Of a stretch of 64,000 nt of DNA, positions 9,497-18,884 are shown piece after piece. The stretch is from an uncultured Armatimonadetes bacterium (GTDB lineage Bacteria > Armatimonadota > UBA5829 > DTJY01). The notes under the pieces were generated by a model that was given only the letters and a program-made list of their open reading frames with translations, did no database searches and was not told the origin of the DNA. Positions within the stretch are counted from its first letter, which is position 1; every line of letters begins with the position of its first letter. Both the position numbers and the translations under genes were made by a program. Location of the stretch: assembly GCA_963717145.1 (NCBI GenBank), contig OY970325.1, positions 4,320,001 to 4,384,000 on the forward strand, in the 5' to 3' direction.

Positions 9497-9905
9497 GGTC
9501 AGCCTCTCGTTATGCCACGAGAGTGGCTACTCGAGGAGATCGGTTGGGTGGCCTGCGCAGGGTTGGTCAGCCTCTCGATATGCCACGAGAGTGGCTACTC
9601 GAGGAGATCGGTCGGGTGGTCTGCGCAGGGTTGGTCAGCCTCTCGTTATGCCACCAGAGTGGCTACTCGAGGAGATCGGTTGGGTGGCCTGCGCAGGGTT
9701 GGTCAGCCTCTCGATATGCCACGAGAGTGGCGACTCGAGGAGATCGGTTGGGTGGCCTGCGCAGGGTTGGTCAGCCTCTCGATATGCCACGAGAGTGGCT
9801 ACTCGAGGAGATCGGTTGGGTGGCCTGCGCAGGGTTGGTCAGCCTCTCGTTATGCCACCAGAGTGGCTACTCGAAGTAGCCACTCTGGTGGCATAACGAG
9901 AGGCT
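9497..9905. repeat. Tandem array of the GIY-YIG-associated repeat: six direct copies (68-bp period) plus a terminal inverted copy
   Basis: Cores start at 9502, 9570, 9638, 9706, 9774 and 9842. The inverted copy ends at 9904. Confidence 0.95.
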
Positions 9906-9945
9906 AACCCACGCTGCGCAAATGCGACCGCAGACCGGATCGCAG

Positions 9946-9975
9946 TTGACAAACGACCCTCCATGCCTATAGAGT
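9946..9975 (+). promoter_or_regulatory. Candidate sigma70 promoter
   Basis: TTGACA followed by TATAGA/TAGAGT 16-18 nt later, just before ATG 9985 (possibly a leaderless transcript). Confidence 0.5.
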
Positions 9976-9984
9976 TTGACTGAT

Positions 9985-12645
9985 ATGAACGAAGCAGCAG
10001 TCAGCAGCGGGATACCGGGGCTCGACGAGGTCCTTCAGGGCCTGCGTCCGGGCGACAACGTGGTCTTCCAGGTGGACAATCTGGAGGATTACCGCCATTT
10101 CGTCGAGCCGTTCGTCAGCCGGGCGATCGAGGACGGGCGGAAGTGCGTCTATCTCCGGTTCGCCCCTCACGATGCGGTGATCGAACCGCGTGAGGGCGTC
10201 GACATCGTGAAGGTCGATCCGCGACCGGGGTTCGACCTCTTCAGCGCCAAGGTCCACCAGATCATCGAGGAGAACGGGAAGGGCGTCTTCTACGTCTTCG
10301 ACAACCTCTCCGCACTCGTGGAGGAGTGGGCGACGGATGAGCTGCTGGCGAACTTCTTCCAGGTGACCTGCCCGTTTCTGTTCGAACTGGATACCGTCAC
10401 CTACTTCGCGCTCACCAGGGGTCAACACTCCCACAGCGCGGTCGCCCGCATCCGGGACACGACGCAGATCCTGCTCGATGTCTACCACGTCGGAGGCCGG
10501 ATGTACATGCACCCGCTCAAGGTGTGGGACCGCTATTCGCCGCAGATGTTTCTCCCTCATTCCGCGTCGGACGGCGAATGGGTGCCGGTCTTCCAGAGTG
10601 GAGATGCGGCCGCCCTCTCGTCGGTCGCGAGCAGGGAGCCTCTCGGGGCGACATCCGGCGCCATCGCCCCATGGGAGAGCGTCTACCGCCGGCTGCTCCA
10701 GTACAGCCAGTCGGGCGCAGAATCGCCCGAACTCGATGCCCTCAAGATCGAGTTCTCGCGTATGATCCTCGGCGCGCATCCCGAGTTCAACGAGCTGGCC
10801 GACCGCTATCTCACGCTCGACGACCTCTTCGGCATTCGCAACCGGCTGATCGGCTCGGGACGCATCGGTGGGAAGGCAGCCGGCATGCTCCTCGCCCGCC
10901 GGATCCTGCTTTCCGCCGATGACTGTAGGGGCGTGCCTTGTGCCGCCGGCGACCACCAACCGGGCGGCACAAGGCACGCCCCTACAGCCGTTGACTTCCA
11001 CGACGTTCTGGAGAGCCACGACTCGTTCTACATCGGCTCGGACGTTTTCTTCACCTTCCTCGTGAATAACGATCTCTTCCGCCTGCGTCTGCAGATGACG
11101 CGCTCGTCACAGATCTCGCGCGACGAGTTCGAGGCGGTCGAGGAGCGGTTCCTCGAAGGTAAATTCCCCCATGCGATCATGGAGCAGTTCCGAAGTCTGC
11201 TCGACTACTTCGGCCAGGCGCCGATCATCGTCCGATCGAGCAGCCTGCTCGAGGACAGCTTCGGGAACGCGTTCGCCGGCAAGTACATGAGCGTCTTCTG
11301 CGCGAATCAGGGCAGCCCCGAGGAGCGGATGGAGGCATTCCTGAACGCGGTAAGGCTCGTTTATGCGAGCGCGCTCAACCCGGATGCGCTCTCGTACCGG
11401 CGGCGTCGCGGACTCGGCGAGCGGGATGAGCAGATGGCGATCCTCGTCCAGCGCGTCTCCGGCATGCCGTTCGGCCACTACTTCTTCCCCAGCGCGGCGG
11501 GCGTTGCATTCTCGCGGAACCTCTATGCCTGGAGCGACCGGATCGACCCCGAGCAGGGCGTCATACGCCTGGTCTTCGGGCTCGGCACGCGGGCGGTCGA
11601 GCGGGTGGGGGACTATCCCCGGATGATCGCGGTCAGCGCGCCCCAGCTCAGGCCCGAGATCGGCTACGAGATCGCCAAGTATTCCCAGCGCCAGATCGAT
11701 CTGCTCGACTTGGAGGCGAACGAACTGGTGACGAAGCCGGTTGCCGAGGTACTCTCGGAGGAGAAGTACCCGAACCTGCATCTCCTGGTCTCCGTGCAGG
11801 TCGAGGACCACATCAGCGACCCGATCAGCGCTCATATCGACGGCACCCCGCACAACTGGGTGCTCACGTTCAACAACCTCATCCGCCGCACGGATTTCGT
11901 GAACCTGCTCGGCGAGATGGTTTCGAAGCTGGAGGCGGCATACGGCCACCCGGTGGACACCGAGTTCACCGCCCACGTGGACTCCAAGGGCAAGGTGTCG
12001 ATCAACCTGCTCCAGTGCCGGCCACTCTTCCTGCCCGGATCAGCCGGTCCGGTGGCGATTCCCGACGGCATCTCGCCCGAGCGCACTCTCTTCCGGTCGA
12101 GCCGCATGATCAGCGGCGGCGTGGTGAGGGATATCCGCTACATCGTCTACATCGACCCGAAGCGCTATGCGGCCCAGCCGATCGACACCAAGAAGATGCT
12201 CGGCAGGCTGGTCGGGCGCATCAACGAGCACCCTCAGGTGGTCGAGGGCAAGATGCTGATGATGGGCCCGGGCCGTTGGGGGAGCAGCAACATCGACCTG
12301 GGGGTGAACGTCGGGTACGCGGACATCGACAACACCTCGGTCCTCGTGGAGGTCGCGCGGGAGGAGGCCGGTCAGACGCCCGAGCTTTCGTACGGCACTC
12401 ACTTCTTCCAGGACCTCGTCGAGGCGCAGATCATCTATCTGCCGGTCTACCCGGATGACGATGAGGCGGAGTTCAATGGCGCGTTCCTCGACTACGGCCC
12501 GAATGCCTTGCCCGATTTGCTCCCGGACGCCGAGGGGTTCGAGCATCTCGTGCGGGTGATCGACGTTCCCGCCGCCGCCAACGGGGCGCGCGCCCACGTC
12601 ATCGCCGACCCGCAGGCCCGCAAGGCGATCTGTTTTCTGGCATGA
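9985..12645 (+). CDS. PEP/pyruvate-binding (PPDK_N) domain protein with an N-terminal KaiC/RAD55-like region
   Basis: SSGIPGLDEVL, IGGKAAGML, IVRSSSLLEDSFGNAFAGKY, GPGRWGSS, SYGTHFFQDLVE. Confidence 0.88.
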   Translation: MNEAAVSSGIPGLDEVLQGLRPGDNVVFQVDNLEDYRHFVEPFVSRAIEDGRKCVYLRFAPHDAVIEPREGVDIVKVDPRPGFDLFSAKVHQIIEENGKGVFYVFDNLSALVEEWATDELLANFFQVTCPFLFELDTVTYFALTRGQHSHSAVARIRDTTQILLDVYHVGGRMYMHPLKVWDRYSPQMFLPHSASDGEWVPVFQSGDAAALSSVASREPLGATSGAIAPWESVYRRLLQYSQSGAESPELDALKIEFSRMILGAHPEFNELADRYLTLDDLFGIRNRLIGSGRIGGKAAGMLLARRILLSADDCRGVPCAAGDHQPGGTRHAPTAVDFHDVLESHDSFYIGSDVFFTFLVNNDLFRLRLQMTRSSQISRDEFEAVEERFLEGKFPHAIMEQFRSLLDYFGQAPIIVRSSSLLEDSFGNAFAGKYMSVFCANQGSPEERMEAFLNAVRLVYASALNPDALSYRRRRGLGERDEQMAILVQRVSGMPFGHYFFPSAAGVAFSRNLYAWSDRIDPEQGVIRLVFGLGTRAVERVGDYPRMIAVSAPQLRPEIGYEIAKYSQRQIDLLDLEANELVTKPVAEVLSEEKYPNLHLLVSVQVEDHISDPISAHIDGTPHNWVLTFNNLIRRTDFVNLLGEMVSKLEAAYGHPVDTEFTAHVDSKGKVSINLLQCRPLFLPGSAGPVAIPDGISPERTLFRSSRMISGGVVRDIRYIVYIDPKRYAAQPIDTKKMLGRLVGRINEHPQVVEGKMLMMGPGRWGSSNIDLGVNVGYADIDNTSVLVEVAREEAGQTPELSYGTHFFQDLVEAQIIYLPVYPDDDEAEFNGAFLDYGPNALPDLLPDAEGFEHLVRVIDVPAAANGARAHVIADPQARKAICFLA
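10923..10987. repeat. GTAG-type REP pair inserted in frame in the PPDK_N gene
   Basis: ctgtaggggcgtgccttgtgccgcc...ggcggcacaaggcacgcccctacag. The same family is at 40192-40276. Confidence 0.92.
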
Positions 12646-12688
12646 TGGGGAATGGTTGATGGTTAATTGTCAAGTCCCACCACGTTGT

Positions 12689-14189
12689 GAAAGAGTTCAC
12701 GATCGTTGATAGTGAAGTTTGTCAGGCTGGATCGGTCGCGGGTGTCTGAGGAACGCCCATGAGCATCCGCCGGCATGACTCCATCGCATCTTCGCCGCGC
12801 AAGTGCCATGTCCCGAACAGACTCATGAGCGCCATTCGGGTCTCCGATCCTTTGGCCGAGCGTGTGCCGCCACTCACCTTCCGGGCCGTTACCGCAGGCC
12901 GGATCGCCCGCTCGGCGGCGTTGTTTTCAGACGGCACTTCTGGATGCTCCACAAAGACAAACATCTCCGGCAGGAACTTCTCGATCCGTTCAGCGAGTAT
13001 TCGCTGGGGAACATCCCGCTTCAGATATGGCTTGGCGAGCCGATACAACTCTTCCTCGAATGCGATCCGCTGCTTCTGCCCGGCCTTCGAACCATCGCCC
13101 GAAAATGCCTTCGCGCGCCTGTAGATGGCCTTGACCTTGCCCACCCAGACTGCTACCCCTCTCTTGTCAGGGTTCGCCTCGACGAGCGTTCGCAAGTCCC
13201 GCAGGTAGTGCACCCAGCACCGCTGATGCCGCCCCAAGAGCACGTTGTAACCGCAGTAGAAGTCGCTTACGACTACACCGCCGTAGTCCTCTCCCAGCAC
13301 ATCCTTTGCGACCTCTCCGCTCCGACTCTTGTCTCGGATGAAGTAGCGCACGCGTGGCGTCGAGAAGCTCCAGATGTATCCGTTCCTCCCGTCTTCCCGC
13401 CAGCCGGTCTCATCCGCGTTCACCGCAGGGCTTCCCCGCACCGCATGAAGAAGCTTCTCTACCTCCGACTTCCCCATGGATGCTACCGTATGTAGTATCT
13501 TTGTGATCTCTCCGCGCCCGAGATGCAGACCGTAGAGTGATTCCAGAAGCTTCTGCACACGCTCGACCGGCATTCTACCGACCGTGTGGAGATAGCTCAC
13601 CAGGCTCATCAGCCGGATGCCCACCCGGTGCGTTCCGACTACCTCTCCAGAGAGATCGAGCTTCGGCATATGCCTCTTGTGGCAGACTCCGCAGTACCGT
13701 CCGATCACCCTGTGCTCGATGACCCTGACCGGTGCTATCGGTATCTCGATTACCTGCCGGCTGTGATGCACCGTGCCGCCGGAGAGCTTCCTGCCGCAGT
13801 CGGGACAGATGTCGAGCGCATGCTCCACGATCTCAGTCGGAGTCTCCCTCAGCCGCGCAAACGACTTCTGTCGCTTCTTGCGGTCTTTCTTCTTGCGCTC
13901 GGGCCGGTTTGCCTTCACAAAGGCAGGAATCGTCCTGCCGCCGCCACCGAGCTTGGACCGGAGTTCCTCGTTCTCCTTCTCAAGCGCTCGGACGCGTTCG
14001 GTCAGGGTGTCCATCCCTTCACGCAACTCCAGGACGGCCTGATGCTGCTCTCGGATCGCCTGGTGCTGCTCCAAGACGATGCCGATCAGTTCTTCTCTTG
14101 ATAGGTTGCCGAGATCGTTCACAACCTACCATTCGACAGCCGATCCTGGGGTACTCTTCCTCAGATTATCAATGATCGTGAACTCTTAC
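12689..14189 (-). mobile_element. Single-ORF IS66-family element (ISBst12-like organisation)
   Basis: IRs g(t/a)aagagttcacgatc(a/g)ttgata. An 8-bp TSD CACGTTGT lies at 12681-12688 and 14190-14197. Confidence 0.9.
12722..14122 (-). CDS. IS66 transposase (TnpC-like)
   Basis: Coiled coil, CPDCG zinc finger, ADETGW, SDFY, QRCWVHYLRD, NNAAERAIRP. Confidence 0.93.
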   Translation of the reverse strand: MNDLGNLSREELIGIVLEQHQAIREQHQAVLELREGMDTLTERVRALEKENEELRSKLGGGGRTIPAFVKANRPERKKKDRKKRQKSFARLRETPTEIVEHALDICPDCGRKLSGGTVHHSRQVIEIPIAPVRVIEHRVIGRYCGVCHKRHMPKLDLSGEVVGTHRVGIRLMSLVSYLHTVGRMPVERVQKLLESLYGLHLGRGEITKILHTVASMGKSEVEKLLHAVRGSPAVNADETGWREDGRNGYIWSFSTPRVRYFIRDKSRSGEVAKDVLGEDYGGVVVSDFYCGYNVLLGRHQRCWVHYLRDLRTLVEANPDKRGVAVWVGKVKAIYRRAKAFSGDGSKAGQKQRIAFEEELYRLAKPYLKRDVPQRILAERIEKFLPEMFVFVEHPEVPSENNAAERAIRPAVTARKVSGGTRSAKGSETRMALMSLFGTWHLRGEDAMESCRRMLMGVPQTPATDPA

Positions 14190-15201
14190 CACGTTGTGAA
14201 CGGTAGTTCAGTAAGTCGGTAGGCTCTTTGATAAACAGATCTGGTCTTTGCGCGTACCAATCGCAGACCTTCTCATAGGGTGTCTTGCCACCGATCGCGC
14301 TGTGCTGTCTCCTTAGATTGTAGATGGTCAGCCACTGGTGGAGTCCATCTATCAACTCCGGATATCCAGGATATCTGTGCATCTTGTACGTGCCCTCCTG
14401 GATCAGTCCGTTCATGCGTTCCACCAGACCGTTGGTCTTTGGTGTATACGGCCGGGTGAGCCTGTGTTCAATACCACAGGCTGAGCATACTTCATCAAAG
14501 AAGTGAGGTCTCTTCGCCGGACTGCCCCAACGGCTCCAATTGGCCAGAGTGAACTCTCTACCGTTGTCTGTCAGGATCTTGTGGATCATGAACGGATAGA
14601 ACCACATGCACAGTCCAAGGAAGCCCACTGCGGATTCCTTGGTTAGGTTGTCGTACACCTGGAGGAAGGCTAGCCTTGTTGCTCTGTCTACCGCAACGAA
14701 GCAATACTTCCTCTTGCCCCCGATCTTGGGCAGGTAGAAACAGTCTATGTGAAGGTATCCAGGCAGATACTCTTTGAACTTGCCTGGACTTTCTCTCTTT
14801 TCTTTTTGGTACTGGGGGAGTCTGCTCACCCCTTTTCTGCTCAGTAAGCGATGTATACTGGCGCGTTCTGCATTCGGCAGAACTGTGACTACTGCACGCA
14901 CCAGTGCATCGAGTGCTAGACCTTTGTCCCGGAGCGAGAGGATGATCTCCTCCTCTTCGGGGCTGAATGCATAATGGATCTTCCTGGGCCGACTGCTGCG
15001 GTCTTGCTGGTCACCCCGGGCCTTCCATTTGCAGACTGTTGCCGGCGATACATGGCAGATATCTGCGAGCTTTCTGCAGCTCTTGGGACTCTGCCTGAAA
15101 AACCGCCGTTGCTTCATATTGCTGGTTGCGTTAGAATGGATCTGCATGCGAGTGGTCTCCTTTTTTGGTTTGGCGATCATCAAAGAGACTACCGCATGCA
15201 C
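14161..15201 (-). CDS. IS481 transposase, C-terminus altered by the IS66 insertion
   Basis: N-terminal HTH, YLHID, AVDRATR, LTDNGREF, TRPYTPKTNGLVERMN. Confidence 0.9.
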   Translation of the reverse strand: MHAVVSLMIAKPKKETTRMQIHSNATSNMKQRRFFRQSPKSCRKLADICHVSPATVCKWKARGDQQDRSSRPRKIHYAFSPEEEEIILSLRDKGLALDALVRAVVTVLPNAERASIHRLLSRKGVSRLPQYQKEKRESPGKFKEYLPGYLHIDCFYLPKIGGKRKYCFVAVDRATRLAFLQVYDNLTKESAVGFLGLCMWFYPFMIHKILTDNGREFTLANWSRWGSPAKRPHFFDEVCSACGIEHRLTRPYTPKTNGLVERMNGLIQEGTYKMHRYPGYPELIDGLHQWLTIYNLRRQHSAIGGKTPYEKVCDWYAQRPDLFIKEPTDLLNYRSQRGKSSRSLII

Positions 15202-15364
15202 CTCCTTCTTTTCAACCCACGGTGTTCATAATGTCATGAGACTGGACAGTTAATGGTTGATGGGGGACGGGGCAGTCCGCCATCAACCATCAGCCATAAA
15301 CCATTCCCGGCATGGTTGAAGGTTCCCGATTTGCAGGCGGTCAAACACGGTGGAGGTGGTTCTC

Positions 15365-16111
15365 ATGGAACGGAATGGCAAGGCAACGGTAGTGGCGCTG
15401 TATGGGATCGCCGTGATGCTGCTTGTGCTCACGGGCCTGTACGCTCGTAACTCCAGTCCGTCGAACTTGATGACCCGAAGCGGGCGGTCGACCGGGATCA
15501 AGGTGAGCGGGCACTCGGAGATGATGGTCAGCCCCGACATGGCCAAGGTATCGCTCGGCATTGTGACTCGCGAAAAGACCTCGAAACAGGCGGCGGAGAA
15601 GAATGCCGCCATCGCCCAGAGCATTCTGATTGGGGTCAAGAAGGCCGGCGTGGCTGCCAAAGACATCCGCACCACCGACTACTCGATCGATCCGTGGATC
15701 AAGTACACGGGCAACACTTCCCGCCAGCTCGGTTACCAGGTGCAAAACACCATGGTAGTTACCGTGCGCGACCTGGCCAAGATCAGCGATGTCATCGATG
15801 CCGGCGTCAAGGCGGGAGCAAACGACGTGCAGGGAGTGAGCTTCGGCTTTGCGGACGAAGAGGGACTCCGCCGGAAGGCTCTGTCCCTTGCGGTGAAGAA
15901 CGCACAGCAGAAGGCGGATTCCATTGCCAGGACGCTCGGCGTGGAGGCGGGCGAACCCCTCTCCGTCACTGAGGAAGGGGACAATGCACCCGCCTATACG
16001 TACTCTCGGGCACGGCCGATGGAGGCCGCGTTCTCAATCGCTAAGACGCCGATCAGTCCCGGAGAGCAGGAGTTCACCTACGATGTCGAGGTGACCTTCT
16101 CGATCCGCTGA
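15365..16111 (+). CDS. SIMPL (DUF541) domain protein
   Basis: IKVSGHSEMMVSPDMAKVSLG, GYQVQN, ALSLAVKNAQQKA, ISPGEQEF. GGAGG RBS. Confidence 0.9.
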   Translation: MERNGKATVVALYGIAVMLLVLTGLYARNSSPSNLMTRSGRSTGIKVSGHSEMMVSPDMAKVSLGIVTREKTSKQAAEKNAAIAQSILIGVKKAGVAAKDIRTTDYSIDPWIKYTGNTSRQLGYQVQNTMVVTVRDLAKISDVIDAGVKAGANDVQGVSFGFADEEGLRRKALSLAVKNAQQKADSIARTLGVEAGEPLSVTEEGDNAPAYTYSRARPMEAAFSIAKTPISPGEQEFTYDVEVTFSIR

Positions 16112-16187
16112 GCGCACGCAGGAATTCCAGGGGTCTCCGGCAGATAGGGAGTTGGGCGGCAGACCGCCCAATGGGAGGGACCTGAGG

Positions 16188-18884
16188 ATGATTCTGCGTG
16201 CGTTCGTTCCGCTAATAGTGCTGCTGGCAAGTATTCCCGCTGGTGCAGCCATCAAGGAAGGCTTCAGCAGCGGGAATCTGGAGGCTCCGTGGCAGATACA
16301 CTGCTCGGCGGGGAATGCGATCACAATCCGTGACGGTTCCGCCGAGATCAACGCCGACCTCAACACCTACGCCCATCTCTCTCGGCCGCTCGGTGTCGAT
16401 GATGTCACCGTCTCGGCGCGAATCAAGCCGTCGATGCCTGCCGGGGTGACCTGGTGTACCTCCATCTTCCTGGTCTGGGATGGCGGCAACTGGTGTCAGA
16501 TGGGCATGATCTCCGCCCCGGCCGGAGGCAGCGGTTTCTACGCGGTCGAGACCATCGGCGGCAGCACGCTCGAGACCTACCTTTCGGCGTGCGATCTCTC
16601 CAGATGGAGCTACGTCCGCATCCAGCTCGGCACGGACTGCATCCGTTACCTCGCGAGCGACGACGGCAAGGAGTGGAAGTCCCTGCGCGTGATCGAGCGC
16701 CCGGCGGAACTGTCGGGAGCGCCTGCCACCCTCGCAGTCGGCAAGGGATATGGTCGCGGGAAGGAGCCGTTCGCCGTACCGGAGTTGGACAACGACTACT
16801 CCGACCGCGGCCCGAAGGTCGTCTCCCAGGTCGATGATGTCAAGATTGAGCAGACGCCCGTCGGGATGCTGACATTGACGAAAATCGAGCGCCAGATCCT
16901 CGGCGAGGCGGGGGTCGATGCCGTGGGGACCACCGAACTCGCGCGCAAGGGCGACACGACCTACGATCGAATCTCGAAGTACTATCCCCCGATGAAGTAC
17001 CCGAAGGAGGCGGTTGGCGTACCCGAGCATCCGGTCGACATCTGCGTCGACCACCTTGGCCGGCTGCAACTCAACTACAACACGCCGCTGATCGCCCGGC
17101 TCGAGATCGGCGATCCGGCGATCCCGTTCGGCGACGAGACGACCCCGATCGCCCGCAAGCTCCTCGACGGCTGGATCCCGGCCGTGATCCTCACGACTGA
17201 GCACGCCGGCGTGAAGTACGAGCAGACGGTCTTCGGCTGGTCGGAGGGATTCAGCGCCGATACGCCGCTCTTCGCGTATATCCGACTCCGAGCGCGTGGG
17301 AAGGATCTCCCCAAGCAGGTGACGCTCAAATCGGACTCCATCGGCAAGCACTTCGCCTTCCCGCTGATTGACGGCGAGGTCTGCCTCCGAATGCCGTTCC
17401 CGGGCGCGGATGCTCCGCTCCTGATCACCTCTCAGGAGTTCGAGCAGACTCTGGAGCGGTACGCCGACTCCTGGAAAAAGGCCCTCGCGACCGGAGAGCG
17501 AATCGAGGTCCCTGAGAGGAGGGTCAACGATGCGTACAAGGCGTGGTCGGCGTATTCCCTGCTCGACGTGGACAAGGTCAACGGCTTCCCTGAGCCGCAC
17601 GACGGGACCGGCTTCTACGAGGAGATCTACGGCTACAGCGCCGCGCTCTACTGCATCATGCTCGACATGTACGGCATGCACGACCAAGCCGAGCGGTACC
17701 TCGACACGCTCCTGCACTTCCAGCAGCCGGACGGCCTCTACACCCAGAACTTCGGACTGCCGGACACCGGCGGTCTGCTCCTCGCATTGGCTGAGCACTA
17801 CAACTACACCGGCGACAAGGCCTGGCTTCAGCGTGTCTCGGACAACATGGTTCGCGCGGCGGATTGGCTCCTCCGAAGGCGAGATCAAGCGCCGAAGACC
17901 GGGGTCACCCGCGGGATGATCAAGTTCCGCGCGTACTGCGACTACGCCGAGCCGGTGTATGACTACTACGCCGACTCCTACTGCGCGGTCGGACTGGCGA
18001 AGGCCGCCGAGGCGCTCGATGCTATCGGGATGAAGGATCAGGCGCAGAAGTACCGAGCCGAAGCGATCCGATACCGGGCCGACATCATGACCTCGATGGG
18101 ATCCGCTGCGTTCGAGAAAGACGGAATGATGATGCTGCCCTTCGAGCCGGAGACTCATCGCCTGCTCAAGGACAGTCGCTACACCGGTGGCGACTACTAC
18201 GGCCTCGTCGCCTCCTCGATGCTGGAGAACGAGCTTATTCCCGCCGATGACAAGCGCGCGTGGTGGGTGACGGACCTGATGGAGCAGAAGGGCGGACTTA
18301 TCGCAGGCCTCTGCAAGTTCCAGTCCGGAGGCATCGACCACGCGTACACCTACGGCTATCTGCTGACCCAACTCAAGCGGAACGAGGCGCGGAAGGTGAT
18401 CCTCGGCTTCTACAGCATGCTGGCATACGGGATGACTCAGGAGACGTATTCAGGGGTCGAGGTCACAAACGTGGTGACGGGCAACAACTACTGGACGCTT
18501 CCGCACCTCTACTCGAACACGCAGCAGTTGAAGCTCCTTCGAATGATGCTCCTGCGCGAGGACGAGGACTCGCTGCTGATTGGGGATGCCATCCCACGAG
18601 CCTGGCTCGAAGACGGCAAGGTCATACGAGTTGACAAGGCGCCGACACGCTTCGGGGAGGTCTCGTTCACGATCGCTTCACACGTGAGGTCCGGGAGCAT
18701 CGACGTAGAGATTACTTCGCCCGACCGAGTGCCGCCGGATCGCATACGGATCCGTCTGCGCCATCCGAACGAGTCGCCGATTCGATCGGTCACGGTCAAC
18801 GGCCGGCGACACTCCCGGTTCACCGGCGATACGATCGAGTTGCAGGACGCTCGCGGGCCGATGCGCATCCAGGTGAGGTACTAG
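16188..18884 (+). CDS. Large secreted six-hairpin glycosidase-like protein
   Basis: Signal peptide, N-terminal beta-sandwich, LAEHYNYTGDKAWL, C-terminal AIPRAWLEDG..APTRFG. Confidence 0.72.
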   Translation: MILRAFVPLIVLLASIPAGAAIKEGFSSGNLEAPWQIHCSAGNAITIRDGSAEINADLNTYAHLSRPLGVDDVTVSARIKPSMPAGVTWCTSIFLVWDGGNWCQMGMISAPAGGSGFYAVETIGGSTLETYLSACDLSRWSYVRIQLGTDCIRYLASDDGKEWKSLRVIERPAELSGAPATLAVGKGYGRGKEPFAVPELDNDYSDRGPKVVSQVDDVKIEQTPVGMLTLTKIERQILGEAGVDAVGTTELARKGDTTYDRISKYYPPMKYPKEAVGVPEHPVDICVDHLGRLQLNYNTPLIARLEIGDPAIPFGDETTPIARKLLDGWIPAVILTTEHAGVKYEQTVFGWSEGFSADTPLFAYIRLRARGKDLPKQVTLKSDSIGKHFAFPLIDGEVCLRMPFPGADAPLLITSQEFEQTLERYADSWKKALATGERIEVPERRVNDAYKAWSAYSLLDVDKVNGFPEPHDGTGFYEEIYGYSAALYCIMLDMYGMHDQAERYLDTLLHFQQPDGLYTQNFGLPDTGGLLLALAEHYNYTGDKAWLQRVSDNMVRAADWLLRRRDQAPKTGVTRGMIKFRAYCDYAEPVYDYYADSYCAVGLAKAAEALDAIGMKDQAQKYRAEAIRYRADIMTSMGSAAFEKDGMMMLPFEPETHRLLKDSRYTGGDYYGLVASSMLENELIPADDKRAWWVTDLMEQKGGLIAGLCKFQSGGIDHAYTYGYLLTQLKRNEARKVILGFYSMLAYGMTQETYSGVEVTNVVTGNNYWTLPHLYSNTQQLKLLRMMLLREDEDSLLIGDAIPRAWLEDGKVIRVDKAPTRFGEVSFTIASHVRSGSIDVEITSPDRVPPDRIRIRLRHPNESPIRSVTVNGRRHSRFTGDTIELQDARGPMRIQVRY

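Larger units (their letters stand above)
12668..15248 (-). mobile_element. IS481-family element with an IS66 nested in its terminal inverted repeat
   Basis: Ends tgtcaagtcccaccacgttgtgaa and tgtccagtctcatgacattatgaa (reverse complement). A 6-bp TSD GTTAAT lies at 12662-12667 and 15249-15254. Confidence 0.9.

Noticed and set aside
9497-9905. CRISPR array
   Set aside because: The linkers are near-identical rather than unique spacers, and there are no cas genes
16212-18371. Long antisense ORFs (e.g. 16212-18371, 1828-3450, 39442-41445, 38187-39428)
   Set aside because: These are shadow ORFs of real genes in high-GC DNA, with no recognisable motifs
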